IMG/VR virus record: IMGVR_UViG_2860903427_000006
Coordinates: 45,501 to 65,500 of that record
From: an uncultured virus (IMG/VR IMGVR_UViG_2860903427_000006)
Taxonomy: Duplodnaviria > Heunggongvirae > Uroviricota > Caudoviricetes
DNA: 20,000 bases
Reading direction: 5' to 3' (one strand)
Every line of letters begins with the position of its first letter. The first letter of the stretch is position 1. The notes under the pieces are model-generated. The model was not told the origin of the DNA. It saw only the letters and a program-made list of their open reading frames with translations, and did no database searches. Shown here in pieces: positions 1 to 6,525 of the stretch. Made by a program: the position numbers and the translations under genes.

Positions 1-135
1 GAAATCACCTGCGGGCGTCTGAACCAGGCGCGCCCAACTCGGGCACTCGTAGACGAAGGCGAACAGCAGCGCCTGCTGCGAGTTCAGCCCCCACTCGAGC
101 GCTTTCGCTTGATTGATCGTCACGGTGAACTGCAT
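1..135 (-). CDS. 5' part of a probable phage replication initiation protein (truncated by window edge)
   Basis: ATG at 135, 1 nt after the cro stop; open frame MQFTVTINQAKALEWGLNSQQALLFAFVYECPSWARLVQTPAGDF to the edge; position downstream of cro. Confidence 0.65.
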   Translation of the reverse strand, partial: MQFTVTINQAKALEWGLNSQQALLFAFVYECPSWARLVQTPAGDF

Positions 136-136
136 G

Positions 137-337
137 TCACGAAGCCATGCGCACCTTTTGGGCCGGGAAGGCGCGCACCTCCTCAGCAGAGTACGAACCA
201 TCTTCGCAGCGGTAGACATTGATCTTCCTCCCCGCTCGAAGCGCCTTACTGATGGCCCCCTGGGTCACGCCGAGCAGCTCCGCTGCCTTCGCCTGCCCCT
301 GCTCGGCCACAAATTCGTTAATGGGAATGATCTGCAT
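137..337 (-). CDS. cro: Cro-like HTH repressor
   Basis: 66 aa, GQAKAAELLGVTQGAISKALRAGRKI closely resembles the lambda Cro HTH; AGGAGG RBS; divergent from cI. Confidence 0.93.
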   Translation of the reverse strand: MQIIPINEFVAEQGQAKAAELLGVTQGAISKALRAGRKINVYRCEDGSYSAEEVRAFPAQKVRMAS

Positions 338-364
338 ATGCCCTCCTACGCGGTCATTCCGAAT

Positions 365-428
365 TATTACTTGCGGTCTTTAATTTTACAAGACCGGCGA
401 TCTTAGAGAAATATGAACACTGGTAATA
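365..428. promoter_or_regulatory. OR-type operator region: three 17-bp operators with divergent PR and PRM promoters
   Basis: TATTACTTGCGGTCTTT (365-381), CAAGACCGGCGATCTTA (389-405), TATGAACACTGGTAATA (412-428), starts spaced 24 and 23 bp. PR on minus: TTGTAA (391-386)-N17-AATAAT (368-363). PRM on plus: TAGAGA (404-409)-N17-TATCAT (427-432). Confidence 0.8.
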
Positions 429-438
429 TCATGAGTGG

Positions 439-1242
439 ATGAACATGAAATCGAAGAAGCGGCCGCTCACGGCCGAAGAAAAGCAGGAGTGCCAAGCTCT
501 CAATGCCATTTACAAGGCGAAGAAAAGAGAACTCGGCATCACTCAAGAGAAGATCGCCCTCGAGGGGCTTGGCGCCACCACCCAGAGTGCGGCAAGTCAT
601 TACCTCACTGGGAAGAACGCGCTGAACGCAGAGGCAGCAGCGGTTTTCGCTCGCTATCTTGAGATTCAGGTCAGGGACTTCAGCCCGCGCCTGGCCGAGG
701 AGATAGAGCGCATGGCAACGACGGTACGCCCCAAGCCGGTTGCAAATACCAGGGGCGACCTCGAACCGATCCCCGTCTGGGATGACGGCGATCCACTGGA
801 TGCCGATGAAGTCGAGATTCCCTATTTCAACGAAATTCAGATTGCAGCGGGGGATGGTCGCTTGCCTGATCTGGAGCAGGCGAAGCGCAAAATTCGGTTC
901 CCTCGCACTGTCCTCCGGGAGTCGGGAGTAGACCCCAAGAACTCGGTCTGCGTGAACGTTACGGGGAACTCTATGGAACCGCTGATCGCAGACGGCGCGA
1001 TCATCGGAGTCGATCTATCAGTCAGCACAATCACTGACGGCGAGATCTATGCCCTGAAGCATGACGATATGCTGCGAGTGAAGTTCGTCTATCGCCTACC
1101 CGGCGGAGGCATCCGCCTGCGCAGCTTTAACCGTGACGAATACCCAGACGAGGAGTACACCAGGGACCAAATGCGTGAGAGTAACCTCAGCATCATCGGT
1201 TGGGTCTTCTGGTGGTCCGTCATGAGACGTAGAAAACACTGA
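439..1242 (+). CDS. cI: CI-like repressor (N-terminal HTH plus S24 autopeptidase domain)
   Basis: Lambda CI-like N-terminus (KKRPLTAEE...YKAKKRELGITQEKIA), AG cleavage site (IAAGDG), catalytic Ser (GNSMEP) and Lys (RVK). Confidence 0.95.
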   Translation: MNMKSKKRPLTAEEKQECQALNAIYKAKKRELGITQEKIALEGLGATTQSAASHYLTGKNALNAEAAAVFARYLEIQVRDFSPRLAEEIERMATTVRPKPVANTRGDLEPIPVWDDGDPLDADEVEIPYFNEIQIAAGDGRLPDLEQAKRKIRFPRTVLRESGVDPKNSVCVNVTGNSMEPLIADGAIIGVDLSVSTITDGEIYALKHDDMLRVKFVYRLPGGGIRLRSFNRDEYPDEEYTRDQMRESNLSIIGWVFWWSVMRRRKH

Positions 1243-1257
1243 GCCCGCTCCCACCCG

Positions 1258-1285
1258 CCTGGCCAGCCCCGTCCGGGGCTACCAG
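1258..1285. terminator. GC-rich hairpin between convergent cI and DUF1654-like genes
   Basis: CCTGG-cc-AGCCCC gtcc GGGGCT-a-CCAGG; no clear U-tract. Confidence 0.4.
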
Positions 1286-1545
1286 GCCTGCTCGCCCCTC
1301 TCCTGCTCCTCCCACCTCAACGTGACGCTGCCGTCATCGTTGAAAGTCAGATCAATCCCGTCCGTCTCGGCCAACACTTCCATAATCCCTTCCCAGGCCT
1401 CGTCTGCATCCGTGTCCAGACGGTGAATAGTTACTGTCCGAAGCTCTTGGGCCTTCGGCGAGTTGATCATCTGGGTCACCCGCAACCCTAGCTTCTCACC
1501 CGCGGTGAGAACCTGGGCTTCCTGCTTTTTCTTTTGCTTGGCCAT
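1279..1545 (-). CDS. Small protein, DUF1654-like (88 aa from MAKQKKK)
   Basis: GGAGGTG RBS upstream of ATG at 1545; motif LGLRVTQMINSPKAQ...W..I.E.LAETDGIDL..NDDGSVTLRW resembles Pseudomonas DUF1654 proteins. Confidence 0.75.
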   Translation of the reverse strand: MAKQKKKQEAQVLTAGEKLGLRVTQMINSPKAQELRTVTIHRLDTDADEAWEGIMEVLAETDGIDLTFNDDGSVTLRWEEQERGEQAW

Positions 1546-1560
1546 AAGCACCTCCACAAG

Positions 1561-1601
1561 CTGTATATCCATACAGTATTACCAGAACCCCTACTTTTCA
1601 A
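1561..1601 (-). promoter_or_regulatory. SOS (LexA) box overlapping a sigma70 promoter for the DUF1654-like gene
   Basis: CTGTATATCCATACAG at 1561-1576 (CTGT-N8-ACAG); minus strand TTGAAA (1601-1596)-N17-TACTGT (1578-1573). Confidence 0.88.
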
Positions 1602-1621
1602 GAGCGCTATTTTGATTTTTT

Positions 1622-1664
1622 TAATACCGCAGGTCTTGACCAATAATATGACCGCTGATAATTT
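1622..1664 (+). promoter_or_regulatory. OL-type operators and PL promoter
   Basis: TAATACCGCAGGTCTTG (1622-1638) and TATGACCGCTGATAATT (1647-1663) match the OR operators; TTGACC (1636-1641)-N17-TAATTT (1659-1664); a possible weak third site at 1599-1615. Confidence 0.82.
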
Positions 1665-1669
1665 TCATG

Positions 1670-1950
1670 CCGTCGGCACAGAACATCGTGACGACAGAAC
1701 AGGCCACAGCGAGCCAAGGCCTTGCCGACAGGCAGAACGGGATTCAGGGGACGCCTCGCCCCGGGTGTGCAGCTTCGAGCACCGCAAGCGAGAGTCGGCA
1801 GCAAAGCGTGGCCGGCTGTCGGGATCTCAGGTCCCCCGAGAAAGCATTCGCCCAGCCGGAGGTGGCGCGTAACGCCGGCCAGCAATACCGATTTCCTAGA
1901 TGCCCCTCGCCAGTACGGGAGGGGCATACGGGAAACCACAACGAGAGGAA
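1670..1950 (+). other. Long structured untranslated leader of the PL transcript (possible regulatory RNA)
   Basis: About 285 nt with no RBS-supported ORF and several stems (1672-1678/1723-1729, 1812-1818/1853-1859, 1900-1908/1919-1927). Confidence 0.45.
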
Positions 1951-1956
1951 ACACCG

Positions 1957-2130
1957 ATGTTCAAGAAAGGCCAGTCCGTGATCCTGACCAACCCGCGTGG
2001 CGTCGCGAAGGAAGGCAAGTTCCTGCGCACCATCAACAAGGGCACCGGCCGCGGTGGCGGTGAGTACCTGGTCGTCGAAGTGAACGGCAAAGAGCTGCAG
2101 GCCCGCGCCTGCAAGGTGAAAGCCGCATAA
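1957..2130 (+). CDS. Small basic hypothetical protein (57 aa, MFKKGQSV...), first gene of the PL operon
   Basis: GAGGA RBS, ATG at 1957, strongly GC3-biased codons. Confidence 0.85.
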   Translation: MFKKGQSVILTNPRGVAKEGKFLRTINKGTGRGGGEYLVVEVNGKELQARACKVKAA

Positions 2131-2135
2131 AGAGC

Positions 2136-2157
2136 ATGCCCCGGTTCGCCGGGGCAT
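2136..2157 (+). terminator. Stable hairpin with UUCG loop after the first PL gene
   Basis: ATGCCCCGG-TTCG-CCGGGGCAT, 9-bp stem; no real U-tract. Confidence 0.5.
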
Positions 2158-2178
2158 TACCGCCCTGGAGGGCAGACG

Positions 2179-2394
2179 ATGCAGATCGAAATCGAACTGG
2201 CGCCTAAGCCAGTCCCGCACCCAGCGATTGCTGGATGGCTACAGGCAGCGGATGAGGCTGAGCGCGCCGGCCTGACCTTCGCCGCGAACACTTACCGGAG
2301 CACCGCACGCAGCATCGAGTTGGAACAGGAAACTGGCGTTCCTGTATGCGCATGCTGCTTCAAGCCGTTCGGGCGCGGCGTCCTCCATCAGTAG
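2179..2394 (+). CDS. Hypothetical phage protein (71 aa, C-terminal CxCC)
   Basis: GGAGG RBS, ORF in operon direction. Confidence 0.75.
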   Translation: MQIEIELAPKPVPHPAIAGWLQAADEAERAGLTFAANTYRSTARSIELEQETGVPVCACCFKPFGRGVLHQ

Positions 2395-2456
2395 CCCGCC
2401 GCCCTGCCGGTAGCAGGGCATCACCAGCCCCACCGAACTCTATCCGGAGACACACG

Positions 2457-2669
2457 ATGAAGCGAAACGCCAACCCGGCGGCGACCGTTGCTGCCTGGAA
2501 TTCCGCATACCCCGCCGGCACCGAGGTCGATTACCGGTTCCATCGCGGCGCAACGCCGAAACGCACCCGGACGACAACCGAAGCCCAGGTGCTCGGCGGA
2601 CACACTGCTGTCGTCTGGCTCGCTGGCGTGTCCGGTTGCGTTGCCCTTTCCCACTGCGAGCCGGCCTGA
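2457..2669 (+). CDS. Hypothetical protein (70 aa), paralog of the C-terminal domain of the downstream CsrA fusion
   Basis: GGAG RBS, ATG at 2457; ungapped alignment with the CsrA-fusion C-terminus. Confidence 0.85.
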   Translation: MKRNANPAATVAAWNSAYPAGTEVDYRFHRGATPKRTRTTTEAQVLGGHTAVVWLAGVSGCVALSHCEPA

Positions 2670-2703
2670 GCCCGCGCACCCAGCATCCTGAACGGAGGCA
2701 CAC

Positions 2704-3075
2704 ATGCTGATCCTCACTCGCCGAGTCGGCGAAACCCTGCACATTGGCGACGACATCACCGTGACCGTCGTCGAGAACAGAGGCGGCCAGATCCGCCTCG
2801 GAATCGTTGCTCCGGAAGCGATGGCCATTCATCGCGCCGAGATCTACGCCCGGGTTGGCGCCGTCCGGCCCGCCTCACCCAAAGACCTGGTTGAAGAGTG
2901 GAATCGCACGCACCCGGCCCAGGTGGCCGTTGAGTACCGTCCGCTCCGCGACTCCATCCCCATCCGCACCAGAACGCTCACTCAAGCCAAAGTTTCCGCC
3001 TCCGGCATGGCGGTGATCTGGCTAGAAGGTCAGGCCACGCCGGTGCTGCTACGCAACTGCACTGCTGTTTCCTGA
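2704..3075 (+). CDS. csrA: CsrA/RsmA-family RNA-binding protein with an extra ~70-aa C-terminal domain
   Basis: [23 protein letters not shown]...QIRLGIVAP...IHRAEIY is the CsrA signature, with the R44-equivalent retained; GGAGG RBS. Confidence 0.93.
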   Translation: MLILTRRVGETLHIGDDITVTVVENRGGQIRLGIVAPEAMAIHRAEIYARVGAVRPASPKDLVEEWNRTHPAQVAVEYRPLRDSIPIRTRTLTQAKVSASGMAVIWLEGQATPVLLRNCTAVS

Positions 3076-3095
3076 GCCCGTTTCATCCCCCCCTT

Positions 3096-3119
3096 GCCCG
3101 GCTACGGCCGGGCTTTTTT
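3096..3119 (+). terminator. Rho-independent terminator
   Basis: GCCCGGC-TACG-GCCGGGC followed by TTTTTT. Confidence 0.85.
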
Positions 3120-3217
3120 CACCGCCCACATTCGCATGAACGTTCCCCGCCTCCCCGCCGGGCAAGCCCGGCGGCGCGAGCGTTCAGCCGAATGCAGGTG
3201 AATACGGAGCACACGCC

Positions 3218-3721
3218 ATGATCGACCCACGAGCGAACAGGCTGGAGAAACTGGTGCCGCCGGCACCGCTGCCCCACGTCAGCCGCGGCGCGCTCAAGCG
3301 CATCAAGCATCCTCAGCCAATCCCCTCCGGCTGCCCGCACTGCGGCGGCCTGGTCCGGCTGGTCAGCAACCGGGTGATCTACGGTCGCGAGTACGGCGAC
3401 TGGCCATACGCCTACGCCTGTACTGGCACGGGCTGCGGCGCTTACGTGGGCCTGCATCCCGACACCGACATCCCGCTGGGAACGCTGGCCGACAAGCCGC
3501 TGCGCGACGCTCGCAACCGCTGCAAGCGCCCATTCGAACGCATCTGGCGCGACAAGCTGATGACGCGCAGTCAGGCCTACGCCTGGCTCGCCGCTGAACT
3601 CCAAATCACGCCGCCCGAATGCCACTTCGGACTCTTCGACGTTGACCGGTGTGAGCGGGCCAAACGCATCTGCGACCAGTACCTGGAAGCGATCTACACC
3701 AGTTCAGCGAGGTGGGGATGA
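3218..3721 (+). CDS. Zinc-finger protein, DUF3268-like
   Basis: CPHCG...IYG...YAC...CGAYVGLHPDTDIPLGTLAD..LR.AR...RSQAYAWLA..L...CHFGLFD. Confidence 0.75.
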   Translation: MIDPRANRLEKLVPPAPLPHVSRGALKRIKHPQPIPSGCPHCGGLVRLVSNRVIYGREYGDWPYAYACTGTGCGAYVGLHPDTDIPLGTLADKPLRDARNRCKRPFERIWRDKLMTRSQAYAWLAAELQITPPECHFGLFDVDRCERAKRICDQYLEAIYTSSARWG

Positions 3722-3867
3722 TGTGGACATACCGCGAGCGCCACAACCGCGCAGCGTTCAACTGCGCCCAGCAGGCCTGGGACCGCGAAGTCGATCCGCT
3801 CTGGGACCAGCCGGACCCGGAGCCCGAGGACGAAGAGCAGGAGGACGAAGATGGCCTTCAGCGATGA
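3718..3867 (+). CDS. Small acidic hypothetical protein (MMWTYRERHNRAAF...PEPEDEEQEDEDGLQR)
   Basis: Read manually; ATGA overlap with the upstream stop; fills the gap in the operon; start could be 3718 or 3721. Confidence 0.65.
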   Translation: MMWTYRERHNRAAFNCAQQAWDREVDPLWDQPDPEPEDEEQEDEDGLQR

Positions 3868-4072
3868 ACGCGCGGTGCTGATGATCGAGGAAGGCATTAC
3901 GGCGATGCGCCGATCACCGTTCCCACGCCCGGACCAGAAGTTCGTCCACGGCCAAATTGAACTGGCCTATGCGGTCGGCTTCATCGACACCCGTATTTAC
4001 GACGACATGCGCCACCGGCTCGACGCCGCGTCGGACGCCCGCTGGGCAGAACTCAGGAGCACTCGGGTATGA
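3851..4072 (+). CDS. Hypothetical phage protein (73 aa)
   Basis: GGAGG RBS; overlaps both neighbours. Confidence 0.75.
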   Translation: MAFSDERAVLMIEEGITAMRRSPFPRPDQKFVHGQIELAYAVGFIDTRIYDDMRHRLDAASDARWAELRSTRV

Positions 4073-4440
4073 ATCCAATCACCCGCTTTCAAGTCCGGGC
4101 CGGCCGAGACGCAGCTAGCCGCTGTGAGTTCGTTCGGGAAACGAAGGCCTACTACGTTCGAGCCGACGGCACGCGCATCGCGAAGCGCGCTGACTGGTAC
4201 AGGTTCTACGCCACCGAACAGGAAGCGCAGTCTGCAATCGAGCGCGACAACCGCACGCGGGCGGAACGCGCAGCACGGCGGCGCGTTGAAAGCTACGGCC
4301 CCGAATTACTCATCGCCCTGGAGCAGGCGTACTGCGCGCTGGTCGGCTATCTGCCGCAGCATCGCAACGCGATCACAACTGCGGCGATCGAGGCGGCCCG
4401 AAGCGCAATCGACAAAGCCAAGGGAGGGGCCTCCGCATGA
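4069..4440 (+). CDS. Hypothetical phage protein (123 aa)
   Basis: AGGAG RBS, ATGA coupling at both ends; C-terminal PELLxALE...ARxAIxKA motif common in phage early proteins. Confidence 0.8.
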   Translation: MNPITRFQVRAGRDAASRCEFVRETKAYYVRADGTRIAKRADWYRFYATEQEAQSAIERDNRTRAERAARRRVESYGPELLIALEQAYCALVGYLPQHRNAITTAAIEAARSAIDKAKGGASA

Positions 4441-4556
4441 AGCCAAATGCGACTGGCGCCCGCCGGGCGCTCACCGAAGTTGCGTCGGCAATCGGCGTGC
4501 TGGCCCTGGTGGCTCCGTTTTACGGCTGGCTGATCTACAGGATGCTCCCGACATGA
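4437..4556 (+). CDS. Small membrane protein (39 aa, MKPNATGARRALTEVASAIGVLALVAPFYGWLIYRMLPT)
   Basis: Read manually; GGAGG RBS, ATGA overlaps at both ends, hydrophobic segment. Confidence 0.65.
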   Translation: MKPNATGARRALTEVASAIGVLALVAPFYGWLIYRMLPT

Positions 4557-4705
4557 ACGCGAAACGCAAAGCCATCTGGGTGGGCGGCCTGATTGGCGGC
4601 CTCCTCTTCCTGCTCATTCTCGCCCTAGGCCCGATCTGGGGCGGACTGATTACCGCGGAACAACCAGCCACGGCGCCGGCAGCCGTCAAGCGAGCAACAC
4701 CATGA
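4553..4705 (+). CDS. Small membrane protein (50 aa, MNAKRKAIWVGGLIGGLLFLLILALGP...)
   Basis: ATGA overlaps at both ends, AGGA RBS, basic N-terminus plus hydrophobic helix. Confidence 0.7.
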   Translation: MNAKRKAIWVGGLIGGLLFLLILALGPIWGGLITAEQPATAPAAVKRATP

Positions 4706-5457
4706 CAAACATGAATAGCAACATGGCTATCTGGGACCAGGTGAAAGAGACGGACACCAGGTACACAAGGCAGGCGAAGCTCAACGGTCAGGACATGACG
4801 TCCATCAACGGCTTGTATATCGTCCGTCGTGCGACTGAGCTATTCGGCCCCGTCGGCAAGGGCTGGGGCTGGAAAGTCTTGGTAGAGCGCTTCGATGAAG
4901 GCGCACCGCACCTCGATAAGAACGGTGCGGTCATCTGCCACGACAAGACCCACACCCTGTACATCGAACTCTGGTATCGCCACGACGGGACGATCAATCA
5001 CGCCCGCCAATACGGGCACACCCCCTACGTCTACAAGACCGAGTGGGGCTTCAAGACTGACCACGACTACGGCAAGAAGTCACTCACCGACGCCATCAAG
5101 AAGTGTCTGTCACTCCTCGGGTTCAGCGCCGACATTCACATGGGCATGTTCGACGACACGACCTATGTCGAAGGCCTGAAGCTGAAAGAGCGCCTGGCCG
5201 ATGCCGGCGATCCCGAGACAGCCCTGGACGAAGCCAAGGACGAATTCAAGACCTGGCTTCGCGCACAACTCGACGCGATCGCCGCGGCACCGAACTCCCG
5301 CGCCCTGGAGTTAATGCGTAAGCAAGTCGCCGAGAAGGCCCGCGCCAAAGCGCCAGTCGTCAACTTCAACCCCTCAGAGATTGAGCTGCGCGTGAATGAA
5401 GCCGCCGATGAGCGCCTGCGCCAGCTTTCCCCCGCTCCTACCAGCCCCGAGGAATGA
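4702..5457 (+). CDS. Probable Sak/Rad52-like single-strand annealing protein
   Basis: TSINGLYIVRRATELFGPVGKGWGW and KKSLTDAIKKCLSLLG resemble Rad52/Sak motifs; lies in a module with ssb and an exonuclease. Confidence 0.65.
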   Translation: MTNMNSNMAIWDQVKETDTRYTRQAKLNGQDMTSINGLYIVRRATELFGPVGKGWGWKVLVERFDEGAPHLDKNGAVICHDKTHTLYIELWYRHDGTINHARQYGHTPYVYKTEWGFKTDHDYGKKSLTDAIKKCLSLLGFSADIHMGMFDDTTYVEGLKLKERLADAGDPETALDEAKDEFKTWLRAQLDAIAAAPNSRALELMRKQVAEKARAKAPVVNFNPSEIELRVNEAADERLRQLSPAPTSPEE

Positions 5458-5461
5458 CACC

Positions 5462-6478
5462 ATGACCATCCTGAAAAATGTTGACCTGGAAAACGGTACC
5501 GTCGAGGTCGCCGAGTACAACGCAACCAACGCCGCCCTGGCAAAACTTCGCGAGAAGTACGCGACGCTGCCGGACGCCAATACCGCCGATGGCTACGAGT
5601 TCATCAAGGCCGGTATCAAGGAATTGACCACACTGCGCACCAGCCTGGAAGCCGCTCGCAAGCGTGAAAAGGCGCCTTACATCGAGGCAGGCCAGATCAT
5701 CGACGCCGAGGCGAAGCGGATCACCGCCGCACTGGTGACGTTGGAAGATCCGATGAAGGCCGCCAAGAAGGAGGTCGACGATCGCGTCGAACGCGAGCGC
5801 CAGGAACGGATCGCACGCCTGCTGTCGAAGGTCGACGCCATCAAAGGGATGCCGGCCCAGGTACGCGGCAAGACCAGCGACGAGATTGCCGCGATGATCG
5901 ACCGCTGTGGCGAAATCGACACAGCACACGACTTCTACGACTTGACGAAGGAAGCCCAAGCCGCACAGCAGACGGCCATGGACGAACTGACCCAAATGCT
6001 GACCGACCGCCTGGCCTTCGAGCAAGCGGAGCGCCAGCGGCAGGAGTTGGAAGCCCAGCAAGCCGAAATGCGCCGCCGCATGGAGGAGCAAGACGCGGAA
6101 ATGCGCCGCCAACAGGAGGAAATGCAACGCCAACGCGAAGAACTGGCACGCCAGCAGCGAGAGCTTGCCGCGGCGCGCCAGCAACTCGCCGAGCAGGAGA
6201 CACCCGCCGCTGTCGATCCGGAGGCGCCGAGGGTCGAGGCTGCACCAGCACCCGCCCAGATCAAGCCAGCCAGCAAGGCAGCAGAGCCCAGCGCTACCCA
6301 GTGGCGCGCCCGCGTCGTTGATAAAACCGCGCTCATCGCCGCCATCGCCGAAGGCCTGGCCACCGAGGACTTGCTCGTCGTCGACCAGCCGGCCCTGGAC
6401 AACCTGGCCAACAGCAAGGGCCAAACGCTGAATCTGCCGGGCGTGATCGTCGAAAAGGCCCCCGCGAAAGCGGCCTGA
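5462..6478 (+). CDS. Coiled-coil phage protein (338 aa) in the recombination module
   Basis: GAGGA RBS before ATG at 5462; long E/Q/R-rich coiled coil; C-terminal W.ARVVD...LPGV motif. Confidence 0.85.
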   Translation: MTILKNVDLENGTVEVAEYNATNAALAKLREKYATLPDANTADGYEFIKAGIKELTTLRTSLEAARKREKAPYIEAGQIIDAEAKRITAALVTLEDPMKAAKKEVDDRVERERQERIARLLSKVDAIKGMPAQVRGKTSDEIAAMIDRCGEIDTAHDFYDLTKEAQAAQQTAMDELTQMLTDRLAFEQAERQRQELEAQQAEMRRRMEEQDAEMRRQQEEMQRQREELARQQRELAAARQQLAEQETPAAVDPEAPRVEAAPAPAQIKPASKAAEPSATQWRARVVDKTALIAAIAEGLATEDLLVVDQPALDNLANSKGQTLNLPGVIVEKAPAKAA

Positions 6479-6525
6479 CTAGCCACCTCGCGCCGGCCAC
6501 GCCGGCACAGTTCAAGGAAACGAGA

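Noticed and set aside
1670..1950. PL leader as an RsmY/RsmZ-like CsrA sponge
   Set aside because: It has several GGA trinucleotides but not the repeated ANGGA-in-loop pattern
1667..2063. Plus-strand ORFs in the PL leader (104 aa, 113 aa)
   Set aside because: The 1667 ATG lies too close to the -10 to be transcribed, there is no RBS, codon usage is atypical, and they overlap the real gene at 1957
1957..4705. Possible anti-CRISPR locus among the small early genes
   Set aside because: No Acr or Aca family recognisable by eye; cannot be excluded without HMM searches
6020..6200. Repetitive GAAATGCGCCGC / Q-E-R-rich stretch
   Set aside because: Explained by coiled-coil coding; not a CRISPR array or DNA-level repeat system
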